64,000 bases of DNA, from positions 41,788,001 to 41,852,000 of the forward strand of contig OZ024750.1 of NCBI GenBank assembly GCA_964016885.1, read 5' to 3'. The notes under the pieces were generated by a model, which was not told the DNA's origin, searched no databases, and saw only the letters and a list, made by a program, of their open reading frames with translations. The DNA comes from Eledone cirrhosa (Eukaryota). Position numbers and translations under genes: made by a program. Within the stretch, counting starts at the first letter, position 1. Every line of letters starts with the position of its first letter. Shown piece by piece: positions 30,001 to 45,000 of the stretch.

Positions 30001-33000
30001 TAATGTGACAGCTAGAGCATGTGGTCATCATCATGTGTAGTAATGTGGCAACTACAGCATGTGGTCATCATCATGTGTAGTAATGTGACAACTACAGCAT
30101 GTGGTCATCATCATCTGCAGTAATGTGACAGCTACATCATGTGGTCATCATCATGTGTAGTAATGTGACAGCTACAGCATGTGGTCATCATCATGTGTAG
30201 TAATGTGACAGCTAGAGCATGTGGTCATCATCATGTGTAGTAATGTGACAACTACAGCATGTGGTCATCATCATGTGTAGTAATGTGACAACTACAGCAT
30301 GTGGTCATCATCATGTGTAGTAATGTGACAGCTACATCATGTGGTCATCATCATGTGTAGTAATGTGACAGCTACAGCATGTCGTCATCATCATGTGTAG
30401 TAATGTGACAACTACAGCATGTGGTCATCATCATGTGTAGTAATGTGACAACTACAGCATGTGGTCATCATCATGTGTAGTAATGTGACAACTACAGCAT
30501 GTGGTCATCATCATCTGCAGTAATGTGACAGCTACATCATGTGGTCATCATCATGTGTAGTAATGTGACAGCTACAGCATGTGGTCATCATCATGTGTAG
30601 TAATGTGACAGTTACATCATGTGGTCATCATCATGTGTAGTAATGTGACAGTTACATCATGTGGTCATCATCATGTGTAGTAATGTGACAGCTACAGCAT
30701 GTGGTCATCATCATGTGTAGTAATGTGACAGCTAGAGCATGTGGTCATCATCATGTGTAGTAATGTGACAACTACAGCATGTGGTCATCATCATGTGTAG
30801 TAATGTGACAACTACAGCATGTGGTCATCATCATGTGTAGTAATGTGACAGCTACAGCATGTGGTCATCATCATGTGTAGTAATGTGACAGCTAGAGCAT
30901 GTGGTCATCATCATGTGTAGTAATGTGACAGCTACAGCATGTGGTCATCATCATGTGTAGTAATGTGACAACTACAGCATGTGGTCAACATCATGTGTAG
31001 TAATGTGACAGCTACAGCATGTGGTCATCATCATGTGTAGTAATGTGACAGCTACAGCATGTGGTCATCATCATGTGTAGTAATGTGACAGCTACAGCAT
31101 GTGGTCATCATCATGTGTAGTAATGTGACAGCTAGAGCATGTGGTCATCATCATGTGTAGTAATGTGACAACTACAGCATGTGGTCATCATCATGTGTAG
31201 TAATGTGACAACTACAGCATGTGGTCATCATCATGTGTAGTAATGTGACAACTACAGCATGTGGTCAACATCATGTGTAGTAATGTGACAGCTACAGCAT
31301 GTGGTCATCATCATGTGTAGTAATGTGACAGCTACAGCATGTGGTCATCATCATGTGTAGTAATGTGACAACTACAGCATGTGGTCATCATCATGTGTAG
31401 TAATGTGACAGCTACGGCATATGGTCATTATCATGTGTAGTAATGTGACAGCTAGAGCATGTGGTCATCATCATGTGTAGTAATGTGACAACTACAGCAT
31501 GTGGTCATCATCATGTGTAGTAATGTGACAACTACATCATGTGGTCATCATCATGTGTAGTAATGTGACAGCTAGAGCATGTGGTCATCATCATGTGTAG
31601 TAATGTGACACCTAGAGCATGTGGTCATCATCATGTGTAGTAATGTGACAACTACAGCATGTGGTCATCATCATCTGCAGTAATGTGACAGCTACATCAT
31701 GTGGTCATCATCATGTGTAGTAATGTGACAGCTACAGCATGTGGTCATCATCATGTGTAGTAATGTGACAGTTACATCATGTGGTCATCATCATGTGTAG
31801 TAATGTGACAGTTACATCATGTGGTCATCATCATGTGTAGTAATGTGACAGCTACAGCATGTGGTCATCATCATGTGTAGTAATGTGACAACTACAGCAT
31901 GTGGTCATCATCATGTGTAGTAATGTGACAACTACAGCATGTGGTCATCATCATGTGTAGTAATGTGACAGCTAGAGCATGTGGTCATCATCATGTGTAG
32001 TAATGTGACAACTACAGCATGTGGTCAACATCATGTGTAGTAATGTGACAGCTACAGCATGTGGTCATCATCATGTGTAGGAATGTGACAACTACAGCAT
32101 GTGGTCAACATCATGTGTAGTAATGTGACAGCTACAGCATGTGGTCATCATCATGTGTAGTAATGTGACAGTTACATCATGTGGTCATCATCATGTGTAG
32201 TAATGTGATAGCTACGGCATATGGTCATTATCATGTGTAGTAATGTGAATGCTAGAGCATGTGGTCATCATCATGTGTAGTAATGTGACAACTACAGCAT
32301 GTGGTCATCATCATGTGTAGTAATGTGACAGCTAGAGCATGTGGTCATCATCATGTGTAGTAATGTGACACCTAGAGCATGTGGTCATCATCATGTGTAT
32401 AAATGTGACAGCTACAGCATGTGGTCATCATCATGTGTAGTAATGTGACAGCTACAGCACGTGGTCATCATCATGTGTAGTAATGTGACATCTACAGCAT
32501 GTGGTCATCATCATGTGTAGTACTGTGACAACTACAGCATGTGGTCAACATCATGTGTAGTAATGTGACAGCTACAGCATGTGGTCATCATCATGTGTAG
32601 TAATGTGACAACTACAGCATGTGGTCAACATCATGTGTAGTAATGTGACAGCTACAGCATGTGGTCATCATCATGTGTAGTAATGTGACAGTTACATCAT
32701 GTGGTCATCATCATGTGTAGTAATGTGACAGCTACGGCATATGGTCATTATCATGTGTAGTAATGTGACAGCTACAGCATGTGGTCATCATCATGTGTAG
32801 TAATGTGACAGCTACAGCACGTGGTCATCATCATGTGTAGTAATGTGACATCTACAGCATGTGGTCATCATCATGTGTAGTAATGTGACAGCTACAGCAC
32901 GTGGTCATCATCATGTGTAGTAATGTGACATCTACAGCATGTGGTCATCATCATGTGTAGTACTGTGACAACTACAGCATGTGGCCATCATCATGTGTAG

Positions 33001-36000
33001 TAATGTGACAGCTAGAGCATGTGGTCATCATCATGTGTAGTAATGTGACAACTACAGCATGTGGTCATCATCATGTGTAGTAATGTGACAACTACAGCAT
33101 GTGGTCATCATCATCTGCAGTAATGTGACAGCTACATCATGTGGTCATCATCATGTGTAGTAATGTGACAGCTACAGCATGTGGTCATCATCATGTGTAG
33201 TAATGTGACAGCTAGAGCATGTGGTCATCATCATGTGTAGTAATGTGACAACTACAGCATGTGGTCATCATCATGTGTAGTAATGTGACAACTACAGCAT
33301 GTGGTCATCATCATGTGTAGTAATGTGACAGCTACATCATGTGGTCATCATCATGTGTAGTAATGTGACAGCTACAGCATGTCGTCATCATCATGTGTAG
33401 TAATGTGACAACTACAGCATGTGGTCATCATCATGTGTAGTAATGTGACAACTACAGCATGTGGTCATCATCATGTGTAGTAATGTGACAACTACAGCAT
33501 GTGGTCATCATCATCTGCAGTAATGTGACAGCTACATCATGTGGTCATCATCATGTGTAGTAATGTGACAGCTACAGCATGTGGTCATCATCATGTGTAG
33601 TAATGTGACAACTACAGCATGTGGTCATCATCATGTGTAGTAATGTGACAACTACAGCATGTGGTCATCATCATCTGCAGTAATGTGACAGCTACATCAT
33701 GTGGTCATCATCATGTGTAGTAATGTGACAGCTACAGCATGTGGTCATCATCATGTGTAGTAATGTGACAGCTAGAGCATGTGGTCATCATCATGTGTAG
33801 TAATGTGACAACTACAGCATGTGGTCATCATCATGTGTAGTAATGTGACAACTACATCATGTGGTCATCATCATGTGTAGTAATGTGACAGCTAGAGCAT
33901 GTGGTCATCATCATGTGTAGTAATGTGACACCTAGAGCATGTGGTCATCATCATGTGTAGTAATGTGACAACTACAGCATGTGGTCATCATCATCTGCAG
34001 TAATGTGACAGCTACATCATGTGGTCATCATCATGTGTAGTAATGTGACAGCTACAGCATGTGGTCATCATCATGTGTAGTAATGTGACAGTTACATCAT
34101 GTGGTCATCATCATGTGTAGTAATGTGACAGTTAGATCATGTGGTCATCATCATGTGTAGTAATGTGACAGCTACAGCATGTGGTCATCATCATGTGTAG
34201 TAATGTGACAACTACAGCATGTGGTCATCATCATGTGTAGTAATGTGACAACTACAGCATGTGGTCATCATCATGTGTAGTAATGTGACAGCTAGAGCAT
34301 GTGGTCATCATCATGTGTAGTAATGTGACAACTACAGCATGTGGTCAACATCATGTGTAGTAATGTGACAGCTACAGCATGTGGTCATCATCATGTGTAG
34401 GAATGTGACAACTACAGCATGTGGTCAACATCATGTGTAGTAATGTGACAGCTACAGCATGTGGTCATCATCATGTGTAGTAATGTGACAGTTACATCAT
34501 GTGGTCATCATCATGTGTAGTAATGTGACAGCTACGGCATATGGTCATTATCATGTGTAGTAATGTGAATGCTAGAGCATGTGGTCATCATCATGTGTAG
34601 TAATGTGACAACTACAGCATGTGGTCATCATCATGTGTAGTAATGTGACAGCTAGAGCATGTGGTCATCATCATGTGTAGTAATGTGACACCTAGAGCAT
34701 GTGGTCATCATCATGTGTATAAATGTGACAGCTACAGCATGTGGTCATCATCATGTGTAGTAATGTGACAGCTACAGCACGTGGTCATCATCATGTGTAG
34801 TAATGTGACATCTACAGCATGTGGTCATCATCATGTGTAGTACTGTGACAACTACAGCATGTGGTCAACATCATGTGTAGTAATGTGACAGCTACAGCAT
34901 GTGGTCATCATCATGTGTAGTAATGTGACAACTACAGCATGTGGTCAACATCATGTGTAGTAATGTGACAGCTACAGCATGTGGTCATCATCATGTGTAG
35001 TAATGTGACAGTTACATCATGTGGTCATCATCATGTGTAGTAATGTGACAGCTACGGCATATGGTCATTATCATGTGTAGTAATGTGACAGCTACAGCAT
35101 GTGGTCATCATCATGTGTAGTAATGTGACAGCTACAGCACGTGGTCATCATCATGTGTAGTAATGTGACATCTACAGCATGTGGTCATCATCATGTGTAG
35201 TAATGTGACAGCTACAGCACGTGGTCATCATCATGTGTAGTAATGTGACATCTACAGCATGTGGTCATCATCATGTGTAGTACTGTGACAACTACAGCAT
35301 GTGGCCATCATCATGTGTAGTAATGTGACAGCTAGAGCATGTGGTCATCATCATGTGTAGTAATGTGACAACTACAGCATGTGGTCATCATCATGTGTAG
35401 TAATGTGACAACTACAGCATGTGGTCATCATCATCTGCAGTAATGTGACAGCTACATCATGTGGTCATCATCATGTGTAGTAATGTGACAGCTACAGCAT
35501 GTGGTCATCATCATGTGTAGTAATGTGACAGCTAGAGCATGTGGTCATCATCATGTGTAGTAATGTGACAACTACAGCATGTGGTCATCATCATGTGTAG
35601 TAATGTGACAACTACAGCATGTGGTCATCATCATGTGTAGTAATGTGACAGCTACATCATGTGGTCATCATCATGTGTAGTAATGTGACAGCTACAGCAT
35701 GTCGTCATCATCATGTGTAGTAATGTGACAACTACAGCATGTGGTCATCATCATGTGTAGTAATGTGACAACTACAGCATGTGGTCATCATCATGTGTAG
35801 TAATGTGACAACTACAGCATGTGGTCATCATCATCTGCAGTAATGTGACAGCTACATCATGTGGTCATCATCATGTGTAGTAATGTGACAGCTACAGCAT
35901 GTGGTCATCATCATGTGTAGTAATGTGACAACTACAGCATGTGGTCATCATCATGTGTAGTAATGTGACAACTACAGCATGTGGTCATCATCATCTGCAG

Positions 36001-39000
36001 TAATGTGACAGCTACATCATGTGGTCATCATCATGTGTAGTAATGTGACAGCTACAGCATGTGGTCATCATCATGTGTAGTAATGTGACAGTTACATCAT
36101 GTGGTCATCATCATGTGTAGTAATGTGACAGCTACGGCATATGGTCATTATCATGTGTAGTAATGTGACAGCTAGAGCATGTGGTCATCATCATGTGTAG
36201 TAATGTGACAGCTAGAGCATGTGGTCATCATCATGTGTAGTAATGTGACAGCTACAGCATGTGGTCATCATCATGTGTAGTAACGTGACAGCTAGAGCAT
36301 GTGGTCATCATCATGTGTAGTAATGTGACAACTACATCATGTGGTCATCATCATGTGTAGTAATGTGACAGCTAGGGCATGTGGTCATCATCATGTGTAG
36401 TAATGTGACACCTAGAGCATATGGTCATCATCATGTGTAGAAATGTGACAGCTACAGCATGTGGTCATCATCATGTGTAGTAATGTGACAGCTACAGCAC
36501 GTGGTCATCATCATGTGTAGTAATGTGACATCTACAGCATGTGGTCATCATCATGTGTAGTACTGTGACAACTACAGCATGTGGCCATCATCATGTGTAG
36601 TAATGTGACAGCTAGAGCATGTGGTCATCATCATGTGTAGTAATGTGACAACTACAGCATGTGGTCATCATCATGTGTAGTAATGTGACAGCTAGAGCAT
36701 GTGGTCATCATCATGTGTAGTAATGTGACAACTACAGCATGTGGTCATCATCATGTGTAGTAATGTGACAACTACAGCATGTGGTCATCATCACGTGTAG
36801 TAATGTGACAGCTACATCATGTGGTCATCATCATGTGTAGTAATGTGACAGCTACAGCATGTGGTCATCATCATGTGTAGTAATGTGACAACTACAGCAT
36901 GTGGTCATCATCATGTGTAGTAATGTGACAACTACAGCATGTGATCATCATCATGTGTAGTAATGTGACAACTACAGCATGTGGCCATCATCATCTGCAG
37001 TAATGTGACAGCTACATTATGTGGTCATCATCATGTGTAGTAATGTGACAGCTACAGCATGTGGTCATCACCATGTGTAGTAATGTGACAGCTAGAGCAT
37101 GTGGTCATCATCATGTGTAGTAATGTGACAACTACAGCATGTGGTCATCATCATGTGTAGTAATGTGACAGCTACAGCATGTGGTCATCATCATGTGTAG
37201 TAATGTGACAAATACAGCATGTGGTCATCATCATGTGTAGTAATGTGACAGCTACAGCATGTGGTCATCATCATGTGTAGTAATGTGATAGCTAGAGCAT
37301 GTGGTCATCATCATGTGTAGTAATGTGACACCTAGAGCATGTGGTCATCATCATGTGTAGTAATGTGACAGCTACAGCATGTGGTCATCATCATGTGTAG
37401 TAATGTGACACCTAGAGCATGTGGTCATCATCATGTGTAGTAATGTGACAGCTACAGCATGTGGTCATCATCATGTGTAGTAATGTGACAACTACAGCAT
37501 GTGGTCATCATCATGTGTAGTAATGTGACAGCTACAGCATGTGGTCATCATCATGTGTAGTAATGTGACAGCTACAGCATGTGGTCATCATCATGTGTAG
37601 TAATGTGACAACTACAGCATGTGGTCATCATCATATGTAGTAATGTGACAACTACAGCATGTGGTCATCATCATCTGCAGTAATGTGACAGGTACATCAT
37701 GTGGTCATCATCATGTGTAGTAATGTGACAGCTACAGCATGTGGTCATCATCATGTGTAGTAATGTGACAGCTAGAGCATATGGTCATCATCATGTGTAG
37801 TAATGTGACAACTACAGCATGTGGTCATCATCATGTGTAGTAATGTGACAGCTACAGCATGTGGTCATCATCATGTGTAGTAATGTGACAGCTAGAGCAT
37901 ATGGTCATCATCATGTGTAGTAATGTGACAGCTACAGCATGTGGTCATCATCATGTGTAGTAATGTGACAACTACAGCATGTGGTCATCATCATGTGTAG
38001 TAATGTGACAGCTAGAGCATGTGGTCATCATCATGTGTAGTAATGTGACAGTTACATCATGTGGTCATCATCATGTGTAGTAATGTGACAACTACAGCAT
38101 GTGGTCATCATCATGTGTAGTAATGTGACAGCTAGAGCATGTGGTCATCATCATGTGTAGTAATTTGACAACGACAGCATGTGGTCATCATCATGTGTAG
38201 TAATGTGACAACTACAGCATGTGGTCATCATCATGTGTAGTAATATGACAACTACAGCATGTGGTCATCATCATCTGCAGTAATGTGACAGGTACATCAT
38301 GTGGTCATCATCATGTGTAGTAATGTGACAGCTACAGCATGTGGTCATCATCATGTGTAGTAATGTGACAGCTAGAGCATATGGTCATCATCATGTGTAG
38401 TAATGTGACAACTACAGCATGTGGTCATCATCATGTGTAGTAATGTGACAGCTACAGCATGTGGTCATCATCATGTGTAGTAATGTGACAGCTAGAGCAT
38501 ATGGTCATCATCATGTGTAGTAATGTGACAGCTACAGCATGTGGTCATCATCATGTGTAGTAATGTGACAACTACAGCATGTGGTCATCATCATGTGTAG
38601 TAATGTGACAGCTAGAGCATGTGGTCATCATCATGTGTAGTAATGTGACAACTACAGCATGTGGTCATCATCATGTGTAGTAATGTGACAACTACAGCAT
38701 GTGGTCATCATCATGTGTAGTAATGTGACAGCTACATCATGTGGTCATCATCATGTGTAGTAATGTGACAGCTACAGCATGTCGTCATCATCATGTGTAG
38801 TAATGTGACAACTACAGCATGTGGTCATCATCATGTGTAGTAATGTGACAACTACAGCATGTGGTCATCATCATGTGTAGTAATGTGACAGCTACAGCAT
38901 GTGGTCATCATCATGTGTAGTAATGTGACAAATACAGCATGTGGTCATCATCATGTGTAGTAATGTGACAGCTACAGCATGTGGTCATCATCATGTGTAG

Positions 39001-42000
39001 TAATGTGACAACTACAGCATGTGGTCATCATCATGTGTAGTAATGTGACAGCTACAGCATGTGGTCATCATCATGTGTAGTAATGTGACAGCTAGAGCAT
39101 GTGGTCATCATCATGTGTAGTAATGTGACAGTTACATCATGTGGTCATCATCATGTGTAGTAATGTGACAACTACAGCATGTGGTCATCATCATGTGTAG
39201 TAATGTGACAGCTAGAGCATGTGGTCATCATCATGTGTAGTAATTTGACAACGACAGCATGTGGTCATCATCATGTGTAGTAATGTGACAACTACAGCAT
39301 GTGGTCATCATCATGTGTAGTAATGTGACAGCTACATCATGTGGTCATCATCATGTGTAGTAATGTGACAGCTACAGCATGTCGTCATCATCATGTGTAG
39401 TAATGTGACAACTACAGCATGTGGTCATCATCATGTGTAGTAATGTGACAACTACAGCATGTGGTCATCATCATGTGTAGTAATGTGACAACTACAGCAT
39501 GTGGTCATCATCATCTGCAGTAATGTGACAGCTACATCATGTGGTCATCATCATGTGTAGTAATGTGACAGCTACAGCATGTGGTCATCATCATGTGTAG
39601 TAATGTGACAGCTAGAGCATATGGTCATCATCATGTGTAGTAATGTGACAACTACAGCATGTGGTCATCATCATCTGTAGTAATGTGACAGCTACAGCAT
39701 GTGGTCATCATCATGTGTAGTAATGTGACAACTACAGCATGTGGTCATCATCATGTGTAGTAATGTGACAGCTAGAGCATGTGGTCATCATCATGTGTAG
39801 TAATGTGACAACTACAGCATGTGGTCATCATCATGTGTAGTAATGTGACAGCTACAGCATGTGGTCATCATCATGTGTAGTAATGTGACAGCTACAGCAT
39901 GTGGTCATCATCATGTGTAGTAATGTGACAGCTACAGCATGTGGTCATCATCATGTGTAGTAATGTGACAGCTACAGCATGTGGTCATCATCATGTGTAG
40001 TAATGTGACAACTACAGCATGTGGTCATCATCATGTGTAGTAATGTGACAGCTAGAGCATGTGGTCACCATCATGTGTAGTAATGTGACAACTACAGCAT
40101 GTGGTCATCATCATGTGTAGTAATGTGACAGCTACAGCATGTGGTCATCATCATGTGTAGTAATGTGACAGCTACAGCATGTGGTCATCATCATGTGTAG
40201 TAATGTGACAGCTACAGCATGTGGTCATCATCATGTGTAGTAATGTGACAGCTAGAGCATGTGGTCATCATCATGTGTAGTAATGTGACAACTACAGCAT
40301 GTGGTCAACATCATGTGTAGTAATGTGACAGCTACAGCATGTGGTCATCATCATGTGTAGTAATGTGACAACTACAGCATGTGGTCATCATCATGTGTAG
40401 TAATGTGACAGTTACATCATGTGGTCATCATCATGTGTAGTAATGTGACAGCTACGGCATATGGTCATTATCATGTGTAGTAATGTGACAGCTAGAGCAT
40501 GTGGTCATCATCATGTGTAGTAATGTGACAGCTACAGCATGTGGTCATCATCATGTGTAGTAACGTGACAGCTAGGGCATGTGGTCATCATCATGTGTAG
40601 TAATGTGACAACTACAGCATGTGGTCATCATCACGTGTAGTAATGTGACAGCTACATCATGTGGTCATCATGATGTGTAGTAATGTGACAACTACAGCAT
40701 GTGGTCATCATCATGTGTAGCAATGAGACAGCTACAGCATGTGGTCATCATCATGTGTAGTAATGTGACAACTACAGCATGTGGTCATCATCATGTGTAG
40801 TAATGTGACAACTACAGCATATGGTCATCATCATGTGTAGTAATGTGACAGCTACAGCATGTGGTCATCATCATGTGTAGTAATGTGACAGCTAGAGCAT
40901 GTGGTCATCATCATGTGTAGTAATGTGACAGCTACAGCATGTGGTCATCATCATGTGTAGTAATGTGATAGCTAGAGCATGTGGTCATCATCATGTGTAG
41001 TAATGTGACAGCTACAGCATGTGGTCATCATCATGTGTAGTAATGTGACAGCTAGAGCATGTGGTCATCATCATGTGTAGTAATGTGACAGCTAGAGCAT
41101 GTGGTCATCATCATGTGTAGTAATGTGACAGCTACAGCATGTGGTCATCATCATGTGTAGTAATGTGACAGCTAGAGCATGTGGTCATCATCATGTGTAG
41201 TAATGTGACAACTACAGCATGTGGTCATCATCATGTGTAGTAATGTGATAGCTAGAGCATGTGGTCATCATCATGTGTAGTAATGTGACAGCTACAGCAT
41301 GTGGTCATCATCATGTGTAGTAATGTGACAACTACAGCATGTGGTCATCATCATGTGTAGTAATGTGACAGCTACAGCATGTGGTCATCATCATGTGTAG
41401 TAATGTGACAGCTACAGCATGTGGTCATCATCATGTGTAGTAATGTGACAGCTACAGCATGTGGTCATCATCATGTGTAGTAATGTGACAGCTACAGCAT
41501 GTGGTCATCATCATGTGTAGTAATGTGACAACTACAGCATGTGGTCATCATCGTGTGTAGTAACGTGACAGCTACAGCATTTGGTCATCATCATGTGTAA
41601 TAATGTGACAGCTACAGCATGTGGTCATCATCATGTGTAGTAATGTGACAGCTACAGCATGTGGTCATCATCATGTGTAGCAATGTGACAGCTACAGCAT
41701 GTGGTCATCATCATATGTAGTAATGTGACAGCTAGAGCATGTGGTCATCATCATGTGTAGTAATGTGACAACTACAGCATGTGGTCATCATCATGTGTAG
41801 TAATGTGACAACTACAGCATGTGGTCATCATCATGTGTAGTAATGTGACAGCTACAGCATGTGGTCATCATCATGTGTAGTAATGTGACAACTACAGCAT
41901 GTGGTCATCATCATGTGTAGCAATGTGACAGCTACAGCATGTGGTCATCATTATGTGTAGTAATGTGACAACTACAGCATGTCGTCATAATCATGTGTAG

Positions 42001-45000
42001 TAATGTGACAACTACAGCATGTGGTCACCATCATGTGTAGCAATGTGACAACTACAGCATGCGGTCATCATCATGTGTAGTAATGTGACAGCTACAGCAT
42101 GTGGTCATCATCATCTGTAGTAATGTGACAACTACAGCATGTGGTCATCATCATGTGTGATAACGTGACAGCTACAGCATGTGGTCATCATCATCTGTAG
42201 TAATGTGACAACTACAGCATGTGGTCATCATCATCTGTAGTAATGTGACAGCTACAGCATGTGGTCATCATCATCTGTAGTAATGTGACAACTACAGCAT
42301 GTGGTCATCATCATGTGTGATAACGTGACAGCTACAGCATGTGGTCATCATCATGTGTAGTAATGTGACAACTAGAGCATGTGGTCATCATCATGTGTAG
42401 TAATGTGACAGCTACAGCATCTGGTCATCATCATGTGTAGCAATGTGACAGCTACAGCATGTGGTCATCATCATGTGTAGTAATGTGACAGCTACAGCAT
42501 CTGGTCATCATCATGTGTAGCAATGTGACAGCTACAGCATGTGGTCACCATCATGTGTAGTAATGTGACAGCTACAGCATTTGGTCATCATCATGTGTAG
42601 TAATGTGACAGCTAGAGCATGTGGTCATCATCATGTGTAGTAATGTGACAACTACAGCATGTGGTCATCATCATGTGTAGTAATGTGACAGCTACAGCAT
42701 TTGGTCATAATCATGTGTAGTAATGTGACAGCTACAGTATGTGGTCATCATCATGTGTAGTAATGTGACAGCTAGAGCATGTGGTCATCATCATGTGTAG
42801 TAATGTGACAGCTAGAGCATGTGGTCATCATCATGTGTAGTAATGTGACAACTACAGCATGTGGTCATCATCATGTGTAGTAATGTGACAGCTAGAGCAT
42901 GTGGTCATCATTATGTGTAGTAATGTGACACCTAGACCATGTGGTCATCATCATGTGTAGTAATGTGACAGCTACAGCATGTGGTCATCATCATGTGTAG
43001 TAATGTGACAACTACAGCATGTGGTCATCATCATGTGTAGTAATGTGACAACTACAGCATGTGGCCATCATCATGTGTAGTAATGTGACAACTACAGCAT
43101 GTGGTCATCATCATGTGTAGTAATGTGACAGCTAGAGCATGTGGTCATCATCATGTGTAGTAATGTGACAACTACAGCATGTGGTCATCATCATGTGTAG
43201 TAATGTGACAGCTAGAGCATGTGGTCATCATTATGTGTAGTAATGTGACACCTAGACCATGTGGTCATCATCATGTGTAGTAATGTGACAGCTACAGCAT
43301 GTGGTCATCATCATGTGTAGTAATGTGACAACTACAGCATGTGGTCATCATCATGTGTAGTAATGTGACAACTACAGCATGTGGCCATCATCATGTGTAG
43401 TAATGTGACAACTACAGCATGTGGTCATCATCATGTGTAGTAATGTGACAGCTAGAGCATGTGGTCATCATCATGTGTAGTAATGTGACAACTACAGCAT
43501 GTGGTCATCATCATGTGTAGTAATGTGACAGCTAGAGCATGTGGTCATCATTATGTGTAGTAATGTGACACCTAGACCATGTGGTCATCATCATGTGTAG
43601 TAATGTGACAGCTAGAGCATGTGGTCATCATCATGTGTAGTAATGTGACAACTACAGCATGTGGTCATCATCATGTGTAGTAATGTGACAGCTAGAGCAT
43701 GTGGTCATCATTATGTGTAGTAATGTGACACCTAGACCATGTGGTCATCATCATGTGTAGTAATGTGACAGCTACAGCATGTGGTCATCATCATGTGTAG
43801 TAATGTGACAACTACAGCATGTGGTCATCATCATGTGTAGTAATGTGACAACTACAGCATGTGGCCATCATCATGTGTAGTAATGTTACAGCTAGAGCAT
43901 GTGGTCATCATCATGTGTAGTAATGTGACAACTACAGCATGTGGTCATCATCATGTGTAGTAATGTGACAACTACAGCATGTGGTCATCATCATGTGTAG
44001 TAATGTGACAACTACAGCATGTGGCCATCATCATGTGTAGTAATGTGACAACTACAGCATGTGGCCATCATCATGTGTAGTAATGTCACAACTACAGCAT
44101 GTGGTCATCATCATCTGTAGTAATGTGACAGCTACATCATGTGGTCATCATCATGTGTAGTAATGTGGCAGCTACAGCATGTGGTCATCATCATGTGTAG
44201 TAACGTGACAGCTACAGCATGTGGTCATCATCATGTGTAATAATGTGACAGCTAGAGCATGTGGTCATCATCATGTGTAGTAATGTGACAACTACAGCAT
44301 GTGGTCATCATCATGTGTAGTAATGTGACAACTACAGCATGTGGTCATCATCATGTGTAGCAATGTGACAACTACAGCATGTGGTCATCATCATGTGTAG
44401 TAATGTGACAGCTACATCATGTGGTCATCATCATGTGTAGTAATGTGACAAGTACAGCATGTGGTCATCATCATGTGTAGTAATGTGACAACTACAGCAT
44501 GTGGTCATCATCATGTGTAGTAATGTGACGACTACAGCATGTGGTCATCATCATCTGCAGTAATGTGACAGCTACATCATGTGGTCATCATCATGTGTAG
44601 TAATGTGACAGCTACAGCATGTGGTCATCATCATGTGTAGTAATGTGACAACTACAGCATGTGGTCATCATCATGTGTAGTAATGAGACAGCTACAGCAT
44701 GTGGTCATCATCATGTGTAGTAATGTGACAGCTAGAGCATGTGGTCATCATCATGTGTAGTAATGTGACAACTACAGCATGTGGTCATCATCATGTGTAG
44801 TAATGTGACAGCTACAGCATGTGGTCATCATCATGTGTAGTAATGTGACAACTACAGCATGTGGTCATCATCATGTGTAGTAATGTGACAGCTACAGCAT
44901 GTGGTCATCATCATGTGTAGTAATGTGACAGCTAGAGCATGTGGTCATCATCATGTGTAGTAATGTGACAGCTACAGCATGTGGTCATCATCATGTGTAG

